DNA from: Octopus sinensis
Lineage: Eukaryota
Assembly: GCF_006345805.1 (NCBI RefSeq)
Contig: NC_042999.1
Coordinates: 121,830,001-121,894,000, forward strand
Direction: 5' to 3'
Length of the DNA stretch: 64,000 nt
The notes beneath the pieces are model-generated. The model worked only from the letters and a program-made list of their open reading frames with translations. It was not told the DNA's origin and made no database searches. The translations under genes were made by a program, and so were the position numbers. Below are positions 12,848 through 26,330 of the stretch, piece after piece (the first letter of the stretch is position 1; each line of letters begins with the position of its first letter).

Positions 12848-13079
12848 AGGCAGTGAGCTGGCAGAAACGTTAGCATGCAGGACAAAATACTTATCAGTAT
12901 TTCATCTGCCGTTAGATTGTGAGTTCAAAATTCTACCGAGGTCAACTTTGCCTTTCATCCTTTCGGGATCGATAAATTAAGTACCAGTTATGTACTGGGA
13001 TCGATGTAATCGACTTAATTCCTTTGTCTGCCCTTGTTTGTCCCCTCTATGTTTAGCCCCTTGTGGGCAATAAAGAAAT
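12848..13079 (+). mobile_element. tRNA-derived SINE with a conserved central domain (Meta-domain-like) and 19-bp TSD
   Basis: TSD AAGATAATATCTTTGTACA at 12829-12847 and 13080-13098; B-box-like GAGTTCAAAA; GAGGTCAACTTTGCCTTTCATCCTTTCGGGATCGATAAA..AGTACCAG. Confidence 0.9.
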
Positions 13080-13653
13080 AAGATAATATCTTTGTACATG
13101 CTTTATTTTCTAGTTGTTTGCTACTTGTATGATACAGTCTGTCTGTTTTTTTGTTATATACTTAATTTTATTGATACTTAAAGGTTTCTCTTACTTTTCA
13201 TATATCTTGTTCTTGCATATAATATTTTTTTGCAAACATGGCCTTCAGATGGCTGGTTTTCTTCATTTCTCTGTGTGATAACAGATGTATCTTCTCTTTC
13301 CAACCTCTTCTATGACTATTTTCATTTTGTTTGGATTTCTGTAGAACACATGCTCTTGTTAATTTCATTCTTGTCATTGAAACTAATTATACTCAGTCTT
13401 CTTTGTTGATATATTTGAATATATCTGAAAGTATTTTGGAGGGAATCCCTAAGACGTTTCTTCTATCTGCAACTAAATAGCTGCCTTGGCTTTTGCCAGA
13501 AGTGTTGTTATGATATAGAGTCAACTTTTAATTTAGCAATGTTGTTGTTGTCTAAATCCACTCTAATCCTGATCAGGTAGTTCTATGATTAAAGGGCACT
13601 CCATCTCTTTAGGATTATATTTCCCAAGAGTCTTTCTATTATGTAAGTAAGGT

Positions 13654-13872
13654 AAGGCGATGAGCTGGTGGAAACATTAGCATGCCAGGTGAAATCCTTA
13701 GTGGTATTTTGTCTGTTGTTACATTCTGAGTTCAAATTCTGCCAAGGTTAACTTTGCCTTTCATCCCTTTCAGGGTTGATAAAATAAGAACCAGTTGAAC
13801 ATTGGGATTGATGTAATTAACTCACCCCTCCCCCAGTATTGCTGCCCTTGTAGCAAAATTTGAAACCATTAT
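13654..13872 (+). mobile_element. SINE, same head and centre as 12848, different tail
   Basis: AGGCGATGAGCTGG...GAGTTCAAATTCTGCCAAGGTTAACTTTGCCTTTCATCC; tail matches 2995-3050(-). Confidence 0.85.
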
Positions 13873-16800
13873 TTAAGTAAGGTGTAATTTAAGGAAGATT
13901 TTAATATTAGTTCAAGCCTTTGAAGTGAATCCATAGAAACTCTTTTGCTGACCATTAAAACGTTCTATTTCAATGTGCCCGTTGGTTTAGGAACAATGCT
14001 TTGGGAATAATAATGTGACATCTTGATAACATTATTTCTTTGTGGAATTGATCTTTGTGGTATGATCTAAAAAACTTGTTAAAGCTGTTATGTCCCCACC
14101 TCCGCCCCCCAAAACTTTTATCAATATCTTTTATGCAAAGGTATAAATATCATTTCCATTATTTTGAAATTCATAAGTGTCATTTTTGAAACCTCCTTTG
14201 GCAAATGTATGCCGTATTATCGATAGCTTGAAATAATATTCAGATCTTGGAAAGTTTTCAGAATGGCAAGAGTTATAAACATATTAACATGCTTGGTTAG
14301 ATAGGAGTCAAAAACAAGTGAGAAAATAGAAAGATGCAGATTTTCTGAGAATACTTGAACAAATTTGATAGGAATGAAACAATTAGGGAAAAACTAGTGA
14401 AGAAAATTATTCAAGATAACTCTTAAAAAATGTTGTATGCAAAAGTTATGATATATAACAAAAGCTTCTTTCTGAAAGCTTTTTTTTTTAAATATTGTTT
14501 GAATGATGGTACCTACATATAACGTAATGTATGAAATGAGTTGGAATTTGCTAATGACAATTTTTGCAAGTGATTTGTACTTGTTGATATTTTTTTTGTT
14601 TTGTTTTAGTCATTTGAATTTGTTTAAAATTCATTAGTATTGTATTCAAATAAAGAAATAACTGTATTTCAAGATTTTGGATATATCAAGGGACCTGAGG
14701 AAGGTTCCATTTGAAAATGAAATATATAATATAATTTATACAATACTGCATAAATGTTTTATAATGGTGTAGTAAGGATATTTAAATTCTTCGTTAATCA
14801 ATAGACCATTGTTTTTTTTTTATTTATGAAGCAGCCCCTGATAATTAAATGATTACATTTTGAACTTAATCTATAAATTATACATTGCAAACAAGAGTTT
14901 AACAATATTAAAGTCATGTGAGTTTATAATTAGAGCAATACATCACTTGTTTTTAATATTATAAGAATAAGAATAAAGCAAAATAGTATTTTACATGAAA
15001 ACTTTTATGGTATCCTATTACAGCAACATGTTAAACTGTTATAATGTTTGAAAGAACTTCACTGAAAAACAGTATGTCTAATTTTAAATATGTGTTACAT
15101 ATAATAATCTTACATTTTCCTATTGTACTCCTATTGAAAAATAACATGGTGAATTTGAATTTTATTCATTCACCTTCCTGTCTAATGAAAAAATTACCAA
15201 ATTAAGAAATGAAATTCAACTTCACTGAATTTCTTTTTATTATAAAATGTAAAAGAGAAAGTTGAAATATTATTATATGTTGCTATCCATAGAAATAAAC
15301 TTCTCTAACATAAACTGCACAGTCTCATCATAATAAATTTAATTAACTATAACAGCACGGATATACAACTAAATCTACACAAAGACATCATATAATATGG
15401 CAAAATTATTGCAATAGTGAGTGGTATCCATAGTACAGGTAAACTTAGGAAGAAAGAATAGGGACTGATTAGATCATTTCTAAGAACATTATGCCTGAAG
15501 ATATGATAAAAGATTTAAACATACAGTATTGTAAACTTGCCTAACTCCTACATTATAAGAATATACATTATAAAACAAGGATAGTCATCAATGATAAATA
15601 AAGAAGCCTTATAGATACAATAATTTTATCTATTAAGTATCCACTGTTTCAATCATTATTTTCCATTGGCAAAATTATGGAACATTAGCATAAACAAATA
15701 TCATTTATAAATTTTCTTTGGTTACCTTACAGAAATATTAAAAGTAAAGTATTCAATACTACATAAGCTATTGACTTATGTTTTATTTTATTTTTCAGAT
15801 CCTATGTTAATTCCATGCTAAAACAGTAGACTCTTTCACAAATATATACAGTTCCCATGCTTATCATTAAAATAAAGAGCTTTATACTATTTCTAGCTGG
15901 CAATAATTGCTCAAAATATTTATGAAATTTAGAATATAAAGTGAGAAAATTACTATTTTGCATAATTAGTTTCTCTCACAGGTATTCCCACCAGTAAAAT
16001 TTAATTTGTCAGTCTAATACCTGTAGCAATGTTGTTTACTATTAAATTAGTTTTAGTAGGATGTATTTTAGACAAAAATCTTCCTCAGAGATAAAATAAA
16101 AAGTGTGTTCAAACTGTATCAGTATATTTGAAGTGTGTACAAAGAGGTGTATTGTTGAGTATTTGGAATCATGATGGCACCTTACTGAAGCCAAGATTAT
16201 TGCATTGTTCACTAAGACTATCACTGAAATATATGGAAATTACATATTGGCACAATGCTGTTTACCAGGACTGAACCTATTTTTCTTTATCGCCTTTGAC
16301 AATAATTTTCGTTCAGTATGGGAACACACTTCCTCTATCTCTCATCTTTTTTATCACCTTCCTTAACAGCTTTGTTACTTTAAATACTATCCTCCTTTTC
16401 AACTCTTTGTATTACAAGAAATCTTTTTCTTCTTGCTCAACACACATCAAAACACTGTTCTTTTTTCCTTGACTTCACAAGAGGTTAAACTGATTTTTGT
16501 AGAGATGAGGATAGTTATATTAAATTAAACGTTGATTCCGTTCCCTACTGAGTTCAAGTTAACAGCTTAACCAGTCTACATGTCTCACACACGTATACCA
16601 GTGAACAGATTTCCATTTTCATCCTTTTTCACCTAGCAGCTATTTCATTACAATACACTATTTTATTCTGCAGCTTATACTTTCTGTATTCATACCCATT
16701 GGTTACTTCCTTTTTACCTCTCCTTCAAAAAGATGAAAGGGTTTATGGTCTCTTTAACAGATATCTCTTATTTCTAACCAATCCAATAACAAATGCTTCA

Positions 16801-17039
16801 ATGATCCCCTCTCTCGATAACATTCATACCTGACTTTATTTCTGTTTGCATATAAACAGGTTTATATTTTGGGTTTTATAAATACAAACCAACATATTTC
16901 GCCTACATTTTTGCATGGTACAATGTAACTTTCCACCAGATGGCTCTTGTAATCTTTCTCTAGTCACTTTTTCTGAATTTAATGTTTTTCCATCTGATTT
17001 TCTTTTCTCACATTCTTTTCACATGTATACCACATTCAT

Positions 17040-17305
17040 CGTGTGCATGTATGTATACATGTATATTTATGTGTACATAAATGCAAATGTAGGCAGAAAC
17101 ACATGTGTATGTATATGAGTGTACGTATGATATGTATATTCATGTGTCTACATGTGTGTATAATCTTACACTTAGGTTTGTGGCATATATCTATGTGTAT
17201 AAACTTATATTCATGCATACATACATACATACATACATTCATATGTACATATGTACATACATACATTCCTGTAAGCGCACGCACGTGCACGTGTGTGTGT
17301 GTGTG
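17040..17305. repeat. Mixed TA/TG/TACA low-complexity repeat
   Basis: Direct inspection; source of four spurious ORFs. Confidence 0.9.
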
Positions 17306-17309
17306 AAGG

Positions 17310-17587
17310 TGCAAGTTTAATGGCTAGCATGTTGCACTCAAGATGCCAAGATCATGGTTTCAATTCCCAGATCAGGAGTTGTGTTCTTGAGCAAAACTCT
17401 TCATTTCATATTTCAATGCAATCGTTTCATTATCTGAGATGTGGCACATCATACAAATGTCGATTTGATGGAAGGAGTGAGCTTATGTGAACACAAACAT
17501 TTGATTGCTATAAACAAATCATCTGTGTGGACTTTTAACAAGGAAATTGCAGAACCCTCATATATCATCTAACAATGGGAGAGTCCA
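17310..17587 (+). mobile_element. Decayed tRNA-derived SINE related to 54202-54525
   Basis: GGTTTCAATTCCCAG B-box remnant, TTGTGTTCTTGAGCAA core, tail GAACCCTC. Confidence 0.55.
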
Positions 17588-17609
17588 TTATATATATATA
17601 TAATCTAAA

Positions 17610-17802
17610 TGTATATATTAAGAAAAAGGAGGCAGTCAGAATTTTGCATCATTCTTTATTAGTGCTTTCGTTCATTTACCGAACTAATCAAGATAAAATC
17701 AAATGGACCATTTTGATTTTGTTGTGATGAGTTCAATAAATGGATGAAAGTGCTAATAAAGGATTATTCAAAATTTTGACTGCTTTCTTTTTATCAATAT
17801 AC
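17610..17802. mobile_element. ~190-bp palindrome made of two head-to-head hammerhead-like units
   Basis: Arms mirror around AAATGG-A-CCATTT (centre ~17707); minus arm TTGATTA-GTTC..GAAC-GAAA-GCAC-TA, plus arm GTGATGA-GTTC..GGAT-GAAA-GTGC-TA. Confidence 0.65.
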
Positions 17803-17829
17803 AATATCTCAACACCACTTCAAACACTC

Positions 17830-17933
17830 TATACACACACACACATGCACACACACACACACAAACACACACAAGCAAGTGTATTAGCTCGATGCTCTGG
17901 AAAAATGGAAAAGTCTTTTACCTTTCGAGCCTA

Positions 17934-18005
<72 letters not shown>

Positions 18006-18034
18006 ATTTATAGAAAAACAAAAGATGAAAACAA

Positions 18035-18083
<49 letters not shown>
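17830..18083. repeat. (CA)n, (TA)n(GA)n and (TA)n(TG)n microsatellites enclosing a truncated copy (17878-17936) of the 23727-23920 element
   Basis: Direct inspection; GGAAAAGTCTTTTACCTTTCGAGCCTAC is similar to 23809-23837. Confidence 0.85.
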
Positions 18084-18084
<1 letters not shown>

Positions 18085-21000
18085 ATTGCATGCATAAAGT
18101 CTTTTCTTTTTTTTTTTGCTTGTCACTCGTAATTGTGTAATGGGTTTTTTTTCAAATTTTTTATATGAAGGAATGTTATCAGGGTATTAGCATAACCCTG
18201 ACCGCATGTGTAGCAGAATTCTGCAGGTAATCCTGGTGTAGCAGATTTTGCTATAACTTGTTTTTGTTTTTGTTATTCCAACCAATTTGACTCTGCAACA
18301 TTTACTCTTTTCCTTTAACTCTCTGCTATTTATTGGATTCACTTGCTGTCTTCTCCCATATAGTCACAGTTAGGTTATCTGTTTCATTGGAGTATATTTT
18401 ATGACAGAGGTGGTTTGGCACTCTTCTTTGATGGCTTCCATATTTCAGCTTACTGTAGAGCACAGCCATCGGTGTCCTAGTATCCTCTATGCAGATCACA
18501 TATCACATCCAGCACAGCTGTGATTTGAGCAGAATGGACTCAATCTTTAGTATATCAGCTTGCTTAGGACCTTGGAAATGTGATCTTACCAAAAAGTGTT
18601 TGTTAAAGAATAGATCATTGCTGGTACAACTGGTAGCTCATCAGTTATTGATATGCATTCAATGCAGTCTATAAAATACAACAAAAATAGAAAAGAAAAG
18701 ATAGTACTGCTACTCAGTAAAATTTTCTAACAGTTTTAACAATTTTATGCTATATCATTTCCATAATCAGTCAAATCAGTCATTCAGCTTCTGAAAGTAA
18801 CCACAGCCAACTAACTGCTGCATGCTATGATCTACCTCTTCATCCAAGCTGTTGGTGAAAGCATACTGCCCAAATACGCAAACATTTTCATTGCACTTAG
18901 AAACTGATTTACAATTATAATGCTCAGAGGTTTGTATTCCAGGTTTAGGTTAATGCAACACTTCAGTCTTTTCATATTTATTGATAAGCCAAGAGCTTAT
19001 TTCACAATACAAAATAGTACATAATTTTTCTCTATATTTTCCAGTGTATGAACCATATCTCACACATGCATCCAAGCGCGCACACACACACACACACACA
19101 CATGTAAAGACACTAAATAATTCTGTAGGCTCTCTTAATTCTTTTCACGCAGTACTTTCTTCTTTGTCTGCCTTATCTCTTGCTCTCTTTCCCTCCCTCT
19201 CTCTCTATGATCTGTGTTTCTGTAGCCTTCTATCACTATGCATTTGGGTCATTTTTTCTTTATCTTTCCCTTCCAACACATAATTTCTCCAACAAAGAAA
19301 ACAGCACAAATTATTCCGTTTTCTTAAATTTTATTGAAGTGATTTTTTGCCTTTACTATCAAACTCTTGTATGTTGTTTGTTGCCTTAATATCTACGTTG
19401 GTACAACAAAGTTTTTGACAAATCGTCTATTGATCATAATCTTCAAAGAAAACAATAAAAATGTTTTAATACTTTTTGCATATGTGTGAGCAGTTTAGAG
19501 TTGGGGTTAGAATACAATGATTAGTGTCCATGATCCAATTCTAATTCATAGTGGAAGCTTTTGTACTTCACTGACAGAACTAATAATTTTGGAAAAGGTG
19601 TCGGCATTAGAACTTACAATTTATCATACTCAAATAGATGTGAGGTCACATACCTATGTAAGAAATCAATATGTTCTGCATACATAGTTACTAACATAAA
19701 GAAAAATGCATAGACAAAGTTGGTCTGGAATAATGTATGCCTTGGAATAATATTTAATGGCAATTCTTTTTCAATATGTAAAGAACTTTGTAAATTTTAT
19801 GATGGTATTGCTAATACCAGTGGTGGAGATATTTGCAGCCAGTGGTAGCAGCAAAAGTGGTGTGATGGTAACGATGCTGGTAATTGCTGCAGTAACATTG
19901 TAGTTTATCATGAGACAAGAAGTGGCTAAACACTAACGCTTGAATATTATACAACAAAAATGAAAACAAGTGAAAAAAAATGTTTTTTTTTCTTATTTTT
20001 TAACAATAAACATGCTATTGATTATTTATATGGGAGTCAACTAATATATAGTGTGTTGTATTTTTATTGAGAATAATAACTGCACAAGAATTGTAATAAC
20101 TTTCAAAATAGCTAATTCAAACATATCTATGCATATAAGAATGCTGGAAGATGATACCTATAATAATCTATAATTCTTATAATACTTTTGTATAAAATGA
20201 TCATTTTTTTATATTAAGTTTAATGTCTCTCTTTTATAAAACTGGTATTCCTCACAAAACAATTTTTTAAAATTTGTTTTCATATTCTACGGATGTCCTT
20301 TTTGTAATATTCATGAAAAAAAAATGTTTTTAAATACATTCTGCAGAAAAGATCTCTTGAAAAAGAATCGACTAAAGAAATTGCTTTTAAAAAAGTTACA
20401 TGATTTTCATATACTACAATTTGTTTATGAAATAGCATCTATCTAGATATAAAATAATGAACTACAATATAGGATAATTTAAAATTGCAAGATGTGGAGA
20501 TGAGCCTACAGAAAGAATATACAGAAAAAGTTATATCCTCAGTGAATTTAATATAATACATAGAAATTTAGGTCATTGAGTAAAATAAAATTTTAAGCTG
20601 AGGCTTTTATAGATATTTTGATAAAATGAATAGTAATATTACCATTGTTCATGATACTGTATCACATGTCTATTTTCTGTTTTTAAGACTTGTGTAGTTG
20701 CAAAAGCATTAACACGGATAACATGATTGTCAAATTAGAATAGGGTAATAAAATTATTGCATGCTAGTAGTAATTGAATATATACAAATATATGCAATAC
20801 CTGTACATTATAGCTTTTCCCCATGAAGAAAATAAACAGATGGGGAATTCTTGCAATAAAGAAAATAGAGAATGAAGAGAATCAGATAATTTTGTCACCT
20901 TCAGAGTGTAGGATTTTAGAACAAGCTCTTAGGTGAAAATATATATTTTGACACCCAGTCTTGAAGATATGCAGTACTGCAGATGGGCTCTGAATCTGCA

Positions 21001-22941
21001 GTTTTCTTAAATAATTTGTAGTTAAGACAAAATATTTGATCAATTTTTACCTATTTTATGAAATTGTTTATCCCTTCTCATTATCAAAGGACAATCGAAT
21101 GACAAAGAGTTTTGTCTCAGCCAGCAATTTCATTTGTATTGCAATTACATCAGTAGATATGTTTATTATAATTAACAAATATAATTAATTATCTTCATTT
21201 CTGAATTCGTTTGATTCAATTTATGGCTATCCAATATTATGCTCTATAGCATTAATCTGGTAATTTCCTGCCAAACTAGTTACAAAGAATCTTGTATCTT
21301 CAAAGAGTCTGTTGAACTGAGGAGTCATAACTGAGCCATTAAATGTCAATTTTCATATATATTCTCTTAATGTATATTCATTTATCTGATATTCTTTCAT
21401 GTTTGCTATTAGAAATGTTCAAATACAAACAATAGCTAAGAATGAGCTTATTCACTCTATTACGTGATGCATTCTCTTTTAAGTTTTCTTTCAAATGGAC
21501 AAAATTTATTGTCCATGTATGAAATCTGGAATTTTTGAAGTTGGATATTTAATACTAGTGTCAGCAATAGATGGTCCTGTATAGTTCTTATAGTAAAATT
21601 ATATTTTCTACTTACTTTCATTGGTAGTCAAATACTTGATTATTTCAGAATTATAAAATATACAATTCATGAATAATTTATGGCATTGAAACCTTTTGTA
21701 ATTTGAGAAAAATGACACTTTGCTTGTGAAAATACTTTATGTCCTCTTTTGGTTTTCAAATCTTGAATACTAATATATCAAGAACCAGTAACATATAGAG
21801 TATAAATTAGATTTTACTTTAAAAAGTTTATATAAATTATTATTATTTTTCCCATCTGCGTGTCATTTTATATAAATCATTACTGATGATTGGATTAAAA
21901 GCAAATTATATAGAAGAAAAACTCCTTCTTAACATCTGGTACAGTTACTTTATTTATTCACACATGGTTGTAGTGAAATTACTGGTTCTTTGCTTATTTG
22001 CTTTTAGTAAAAAAAAAAAAAAAAAAAAAAAGCAACAAAACTACTCAGAATCTTTGATACTTCCAAATTTCTGAAAAATTTCATTAGAACTTTAAAAGAA
22101 AAGCAAATTAAATTCCATTAACAAAAGAAATTTCGCTATTCAGCAAAATTAAATGTGGCATTTGGTCAAACTGAAAGTATTACTAAAAGTGTGATAAAAA
22201 TAAGCATTAGATTTACTTAATTTCCTTCATGTCAAATGTGCACTTAGCTGATTGCTGTATCATTTAGAAGTTTTCTGTATAATACATATTGTAAGTTAAA
22301 AGGATATATGTTAATTACATAGAATAGTTTTAAAAGTTTAGCAAAACAATTCAGTACCATCAAGTATGAAATTTTTCAAGTTTAATATTGTGGTTAATTT
22401 TTTTCATTCATTCTTTTATTATTTATATATGTCCCATATTTCTTACCTAAGATTTTGTCTCTCAAAGTTCTTGCTCTTAATTTAATATAATTAGATCATT
22501 TATTAAAGAACCCATTATTATTTTTATGAAATAACTAATGCTACACTATGATATATTATTAATGGGAAAAACTAAAAACTAAGCTAAGAGTAAAACATTT
22601 ATAAAATGGTATCTCTTGCTGCCATTAGCACAAAATATTTTTCTTTAACAGAGAAACTGATGTTAAATCTATAAATTTTTCTAATTTCCACTTAGAATGT
22701 ATCACAATCTTTTCTGGAAATGAATTAACAAAAATTAATGGACAGTATATGTTCTTTTATTTCTTTACTGGTTGTAGTCATTAGATAGCAACCTTGTAGT
22801 GGCAATCCTACAGTTTAGCACCATAGCCTAGGAATGACTAATACATTCATACAATGGAATTCGGCAAATAAAACTAGGTGGAAACCTGTCATCTATCTAT
22901 CTGTCTATCTGTAAGCTTGTTAAGCTTATATGTGTGCATGT

Positions 22942-23328
22942 GTGGAGGCGCAATGGCCCAGTGGTTAGGGCAGCAGACTCACGGTCATAAGATCGCAGTT
23001 TCGATTCCCAGACCGGGTGTTGTGAGTGTTTATTGAGCGAAAACACCTAAAGCTCCACGAGGCTCCAGCAGGCGATGGTGGTGATCCCTGCTGTACTCTT
23101 TCACCACAACTTTCTCTCACTCTTACTTCCTGTTTCTGTTGTACCTGTATTTCAAAGGGCCGGCCTTGTCACTCTCTATGTCACGCTGAATATCCCCGAG
23201 AACTACATTAAGGGTACACGTGTCTGTGGAGTGCTCAGTCACTTACACGTTAATTTCACGAGCAGGCTGTTCCGTTGATTCGGAACAACCAGAACCCTCG
23301 TCGTCGTAACCGACAGAGTGCTTCCAAA
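22942..23328 (+). mobile_element. Full-length tRNA(Arg-like)-derived SINE with 12-bp TSD
   Basis: A box TGGCCCAGTGG, B box GTTTCGATTCC; TSD ATGTGTGCATGT at 22930-22941 and 23329-23340; CpG-rich, so relatively young. Confidence 0.92.
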
Positions 23329-23652
23329 ATGTGTGCATGTTCATTGTTTACTGAGTATAATTGCAAAAGATAAACTGAAAAACTAGTGCTTTACAATGGT
23401 ACCCCTTTAGATATTTGTTCTACAGTGTGTTACAAACACACCTTCATCAATATTACCATCAAGAATAGAGTAAACAAGTAATTAGCCTGTATATACTGTT
23501 AGAATGTACTATAGACAATATCTATGGAATTTTGGGTGACACTATACATTCATTCTGATGTAAATAAAGTCTGAACACAGCATTGACTAAAATTTCTCTA
23601 AGTATATACTATTGCACATAACAAAATATGCAAAATACTGTCAACATAAAAG

Positions 23653-23656
<4 letters not shown>

Positions 23657-23726
<70 letters not shown>
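23657..23726. repeat. (TA)~35 microsatellite
   Basis: Direct inspection. Confidence 0.98.
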
Positions 23727-23729
<3 letters not shown>

Positions 23730-23920
23730 AGAGTTTACGAAAAAAACAAAAAACGAAGACAGGTGGTGTAAAAAACAAACAGATGTATTAGTATAACGCT
23801 CAGGAATAGAAAAAGTCTTTTACATTTCGAGCCTACGCTCTTCTACAGAAAGGGACACAGAAAAAACAAGGGGAGAAACAAGGAGAGAAAAAAAGTGTGT
23901 GTAGTGGCTAACGATCTATC
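23727..23920 (-). mobile_element. Small PLE-like element carrying a variant hammerhead (23817-23852)
   Basis: Minus strand CTTT-CTGTAGA-A-GAGC-GTAG-GCTC-GAAA-TG-TA-AAAG: stems I and II pair perfectly; 3' end abuts (TA)n. Confidence 0.65.
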
Positions 23921-24046
23921 AAGGGTAAGATCCAGATATCCAAGTGTATGTAGTTTGTAAGCAATCCATGGCAGGTATAGGAAACAAGAAGTGGGCTGTG
24001 TATAGTCCACTGTGTATAGAAAACAAAAAGTGGACACATATATATA

Positions 24047-24385
24047 CAGTGGCAGACTGGCCAGGTTGCCAGTTTGCCCGATATCAAGTGAGCCCCTGCG
24101 CTATTAGAATCCATTTATGTGGGCCCTTGTTAGTATCTAAGGAGCCCATCCACTCAAGTTTTGAGAATTTTTTATTCACTCCTGGGAGAATGCATTAATT
24201 ATTTCAGCCTGGCTGTGTTTGCAGACAGTTGTAAAGAATACTTTTAACAAAAAAAAAAAAAATTAAATGATAGCATAGTAGTTGTGAGTAGGCTCCCTTG
24301 TAATTGCAGGTGGGCTCCCTTGTAATTGTGTGTGGGCCCCCTTAGTCTCCAGGCAACCAATATTTTTAGACCAAGTTTACTATTG
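24047..24385. mobile_element. MITE-like DNA transposon with decayed TIRs
   Basis: Left TATA|CAGTGGCAGACTGGCC versus right (reverse complement) TATA|CAATAGTAAACTTGGTC; internal GGGCCC motifs near both ends. Confidence 0.45.
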
Positions 24386-25678
24386 TATATATGTATACTG
24401 TGAGGTAGACCAATGGCTATCAGTACTAGTTTCAACTATCCACTAAGAAATTAATACTTCAGTATCAGCTAGTTTCTATCTTTACTCATCCCAATTAAAT
24501 AATTATTACAACCATTCCTTCCCCTTAACGACAGCAACTATCTGCTCCTGTTCCCCTCTTTCTCCTCCACCTCCATTTCTTCATTCTTATCAACCTTATA
24601 CAATTCCCACTCTCACATATTTGACGTCATCCTTCTCTTTCTTAGTTCTTGACCATTTTATTTTTTCAAGCACTTTTTCTTTTTAATTCTGTTCTTCTGG
24701 CTTCACTATTCATTTCAACTCACATTTTCAGTGAGTCAACTTGGAAATTCCAAGCAACAACGTAACCTTCCTGTAATAAAGGTATTCTCAGCCTGATGAT
24801 GAGTTAATTTGAGTACCACTCATTGAGTAATTATTACATCAGAGGATCAGCTAGCTAAGAAACCTATATAGCCTGCATTTTACTTGTTCTGCTCCCTCAA
24901 TTTGGATAAGATTAGAAACCTCTCCTCTTTCTCCAAGGTCTGTTTTGTGTCTATCTGAGAACTGGTCTTACACCTGTGTGTATGCATGCTTGTATGTGCA
25001 TGTAGATGTGTGTTTGCTTAGAAGAAGAGGTATAGCAGAGACTAAACAAAAGGTTTGTGTGTGTGTGTGTGTGTGTGTGTGGTTGTCTGTACACCTGTGT
25101 GACTGCATCTATGTGTGATTGTGAGTGTGTGTGCCCCAAACATGTATGACCTCTTTGCATCTTGGCATTTTGTTTTTCTTGTTCTTGGTAAGTTTCATGT
25201 CTATGGAAGATTTATGGATTTAAGGTGTAGTTCTTTACATGGAGGAGGGGAGAACTGGGTTGGTGTGTGAGTACCTGCTTGCACATGTGTGTGTGTATGT
25301 GTGTGAGTATCTGCATGCATGTGTGTGTGTGAGTGTGTGTGCATGTGCACAAGTGTGTGGACTAGTATGCTTGCATTGTTGAGTTGGTTATAAGGTTGAT
25401 TCTGTGAGTGTGAGTGTGTGTGTGTGTGTGTGTGTATGTTCATGTATGTGCATGTGTGAACGTGTGAGTGTTTTCTTATTTGAATATATTCCTGCATGTG
25501 TGTGTGAATATCTGGTGGATTTTGAATCGGCAAGTATCTGTATATATATGATTGTGTGTGTATGTACCTATGCATGTATGTGTGTGCATGCCTGTGCCTG
25601 CACATGTGTGTGTGTACATGTGTATGCATGGGTTGTGTGAATGCATGTGTGGTTGTGTATTTTTATGTTCCTGTATGT

Positions 25679-26016
25679 GTGTTTATAAGCCATTTAAGAA
25701 ACACACAGAAACAGTTAGATTCACTTCAACATTCAAATTTAATTTGTCAAAATATTTTTGTTGCTTTGAGACCGCGACCTGTTCACTTACAAAACTCCAT
25801 GCTGCATCTCCGTGCTGCAGCACGGAGTTTTGTAAGTGAACATGTCACAGTCTCAAAGCAACAAAAATATTTTGACAAATTAAATTTAAATGTTGAAGTG
25901 AATCTAACGGTTTTTGTGTGTTTCTTAAATTGCTTATAAACACCTTCCATGCTGCAATTGTTTTCGTTCCAGCACATGATCTCAGATCAGGTCACTTGCT
26001 ATGCAAGTACATCTCC

Positions 26017-26017
<1 letters not shown>
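25679..26017. mobile_element. 265-bp palindromic element (25679-25943) plus tail, with hammerhead-like arms; second copy at 27012-27350
   Basis: GTGTTTATAAGC...GCTTATAAACAC mirror arms; ORFs 25552(+) and 25783(-) encode near-identical peptides; tail ends at (TA)n. Confidence 0.85.
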
Positions 26018-26060
<43 letters not shown>

Positions 26061-26144
26061 TATATACATATACACATATATATATATATTGAGAGAGAGA
26101 GAGATGTCTATAGAATAAATGTTTGTATGTGTATATATATCTGT

Positions 26145-26330
26145 GCTAGTGGCACATAAAAGCACCCATTACACTCTTGGAGTGGTTAGTGTTAGGAAGG
26201 GCATCCAGCTGTTGAAAACCATGCCAAATCAGACTGGAGTCTGGTGTAGCCTTCCAGTGTGCCAGACCAGTTAAACCATCCAATCCATACCAGCATCGAC
26301 AAAGGATTTTAAATGACGATGATGATGATG
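26145..26330 (+). mobile_element. RTE-type 3' tail (duplicated at 27476-27661)
   Basis: AAAAGCACCCATTACACTC..TTAGGAAGGGCATCCAGC..(GAT)n. Confidence 0.8.

Noticed and set aside
14695-14722. CTGAGGA-AGG..TTT-GAAA
   Set aside because: Stem II relies on G-U pairs, with no UH/stem I closure.
15800-15835. Strong acceptor-like tttttcAG near 15799
   Set aside because: All three frames stop within ~30 nt and there is no convincing donor.
16140-16320. mariner-like trace (VLLSIWNHDG..KTITE)
   Set aside because: A single weak motif with no TIRs.
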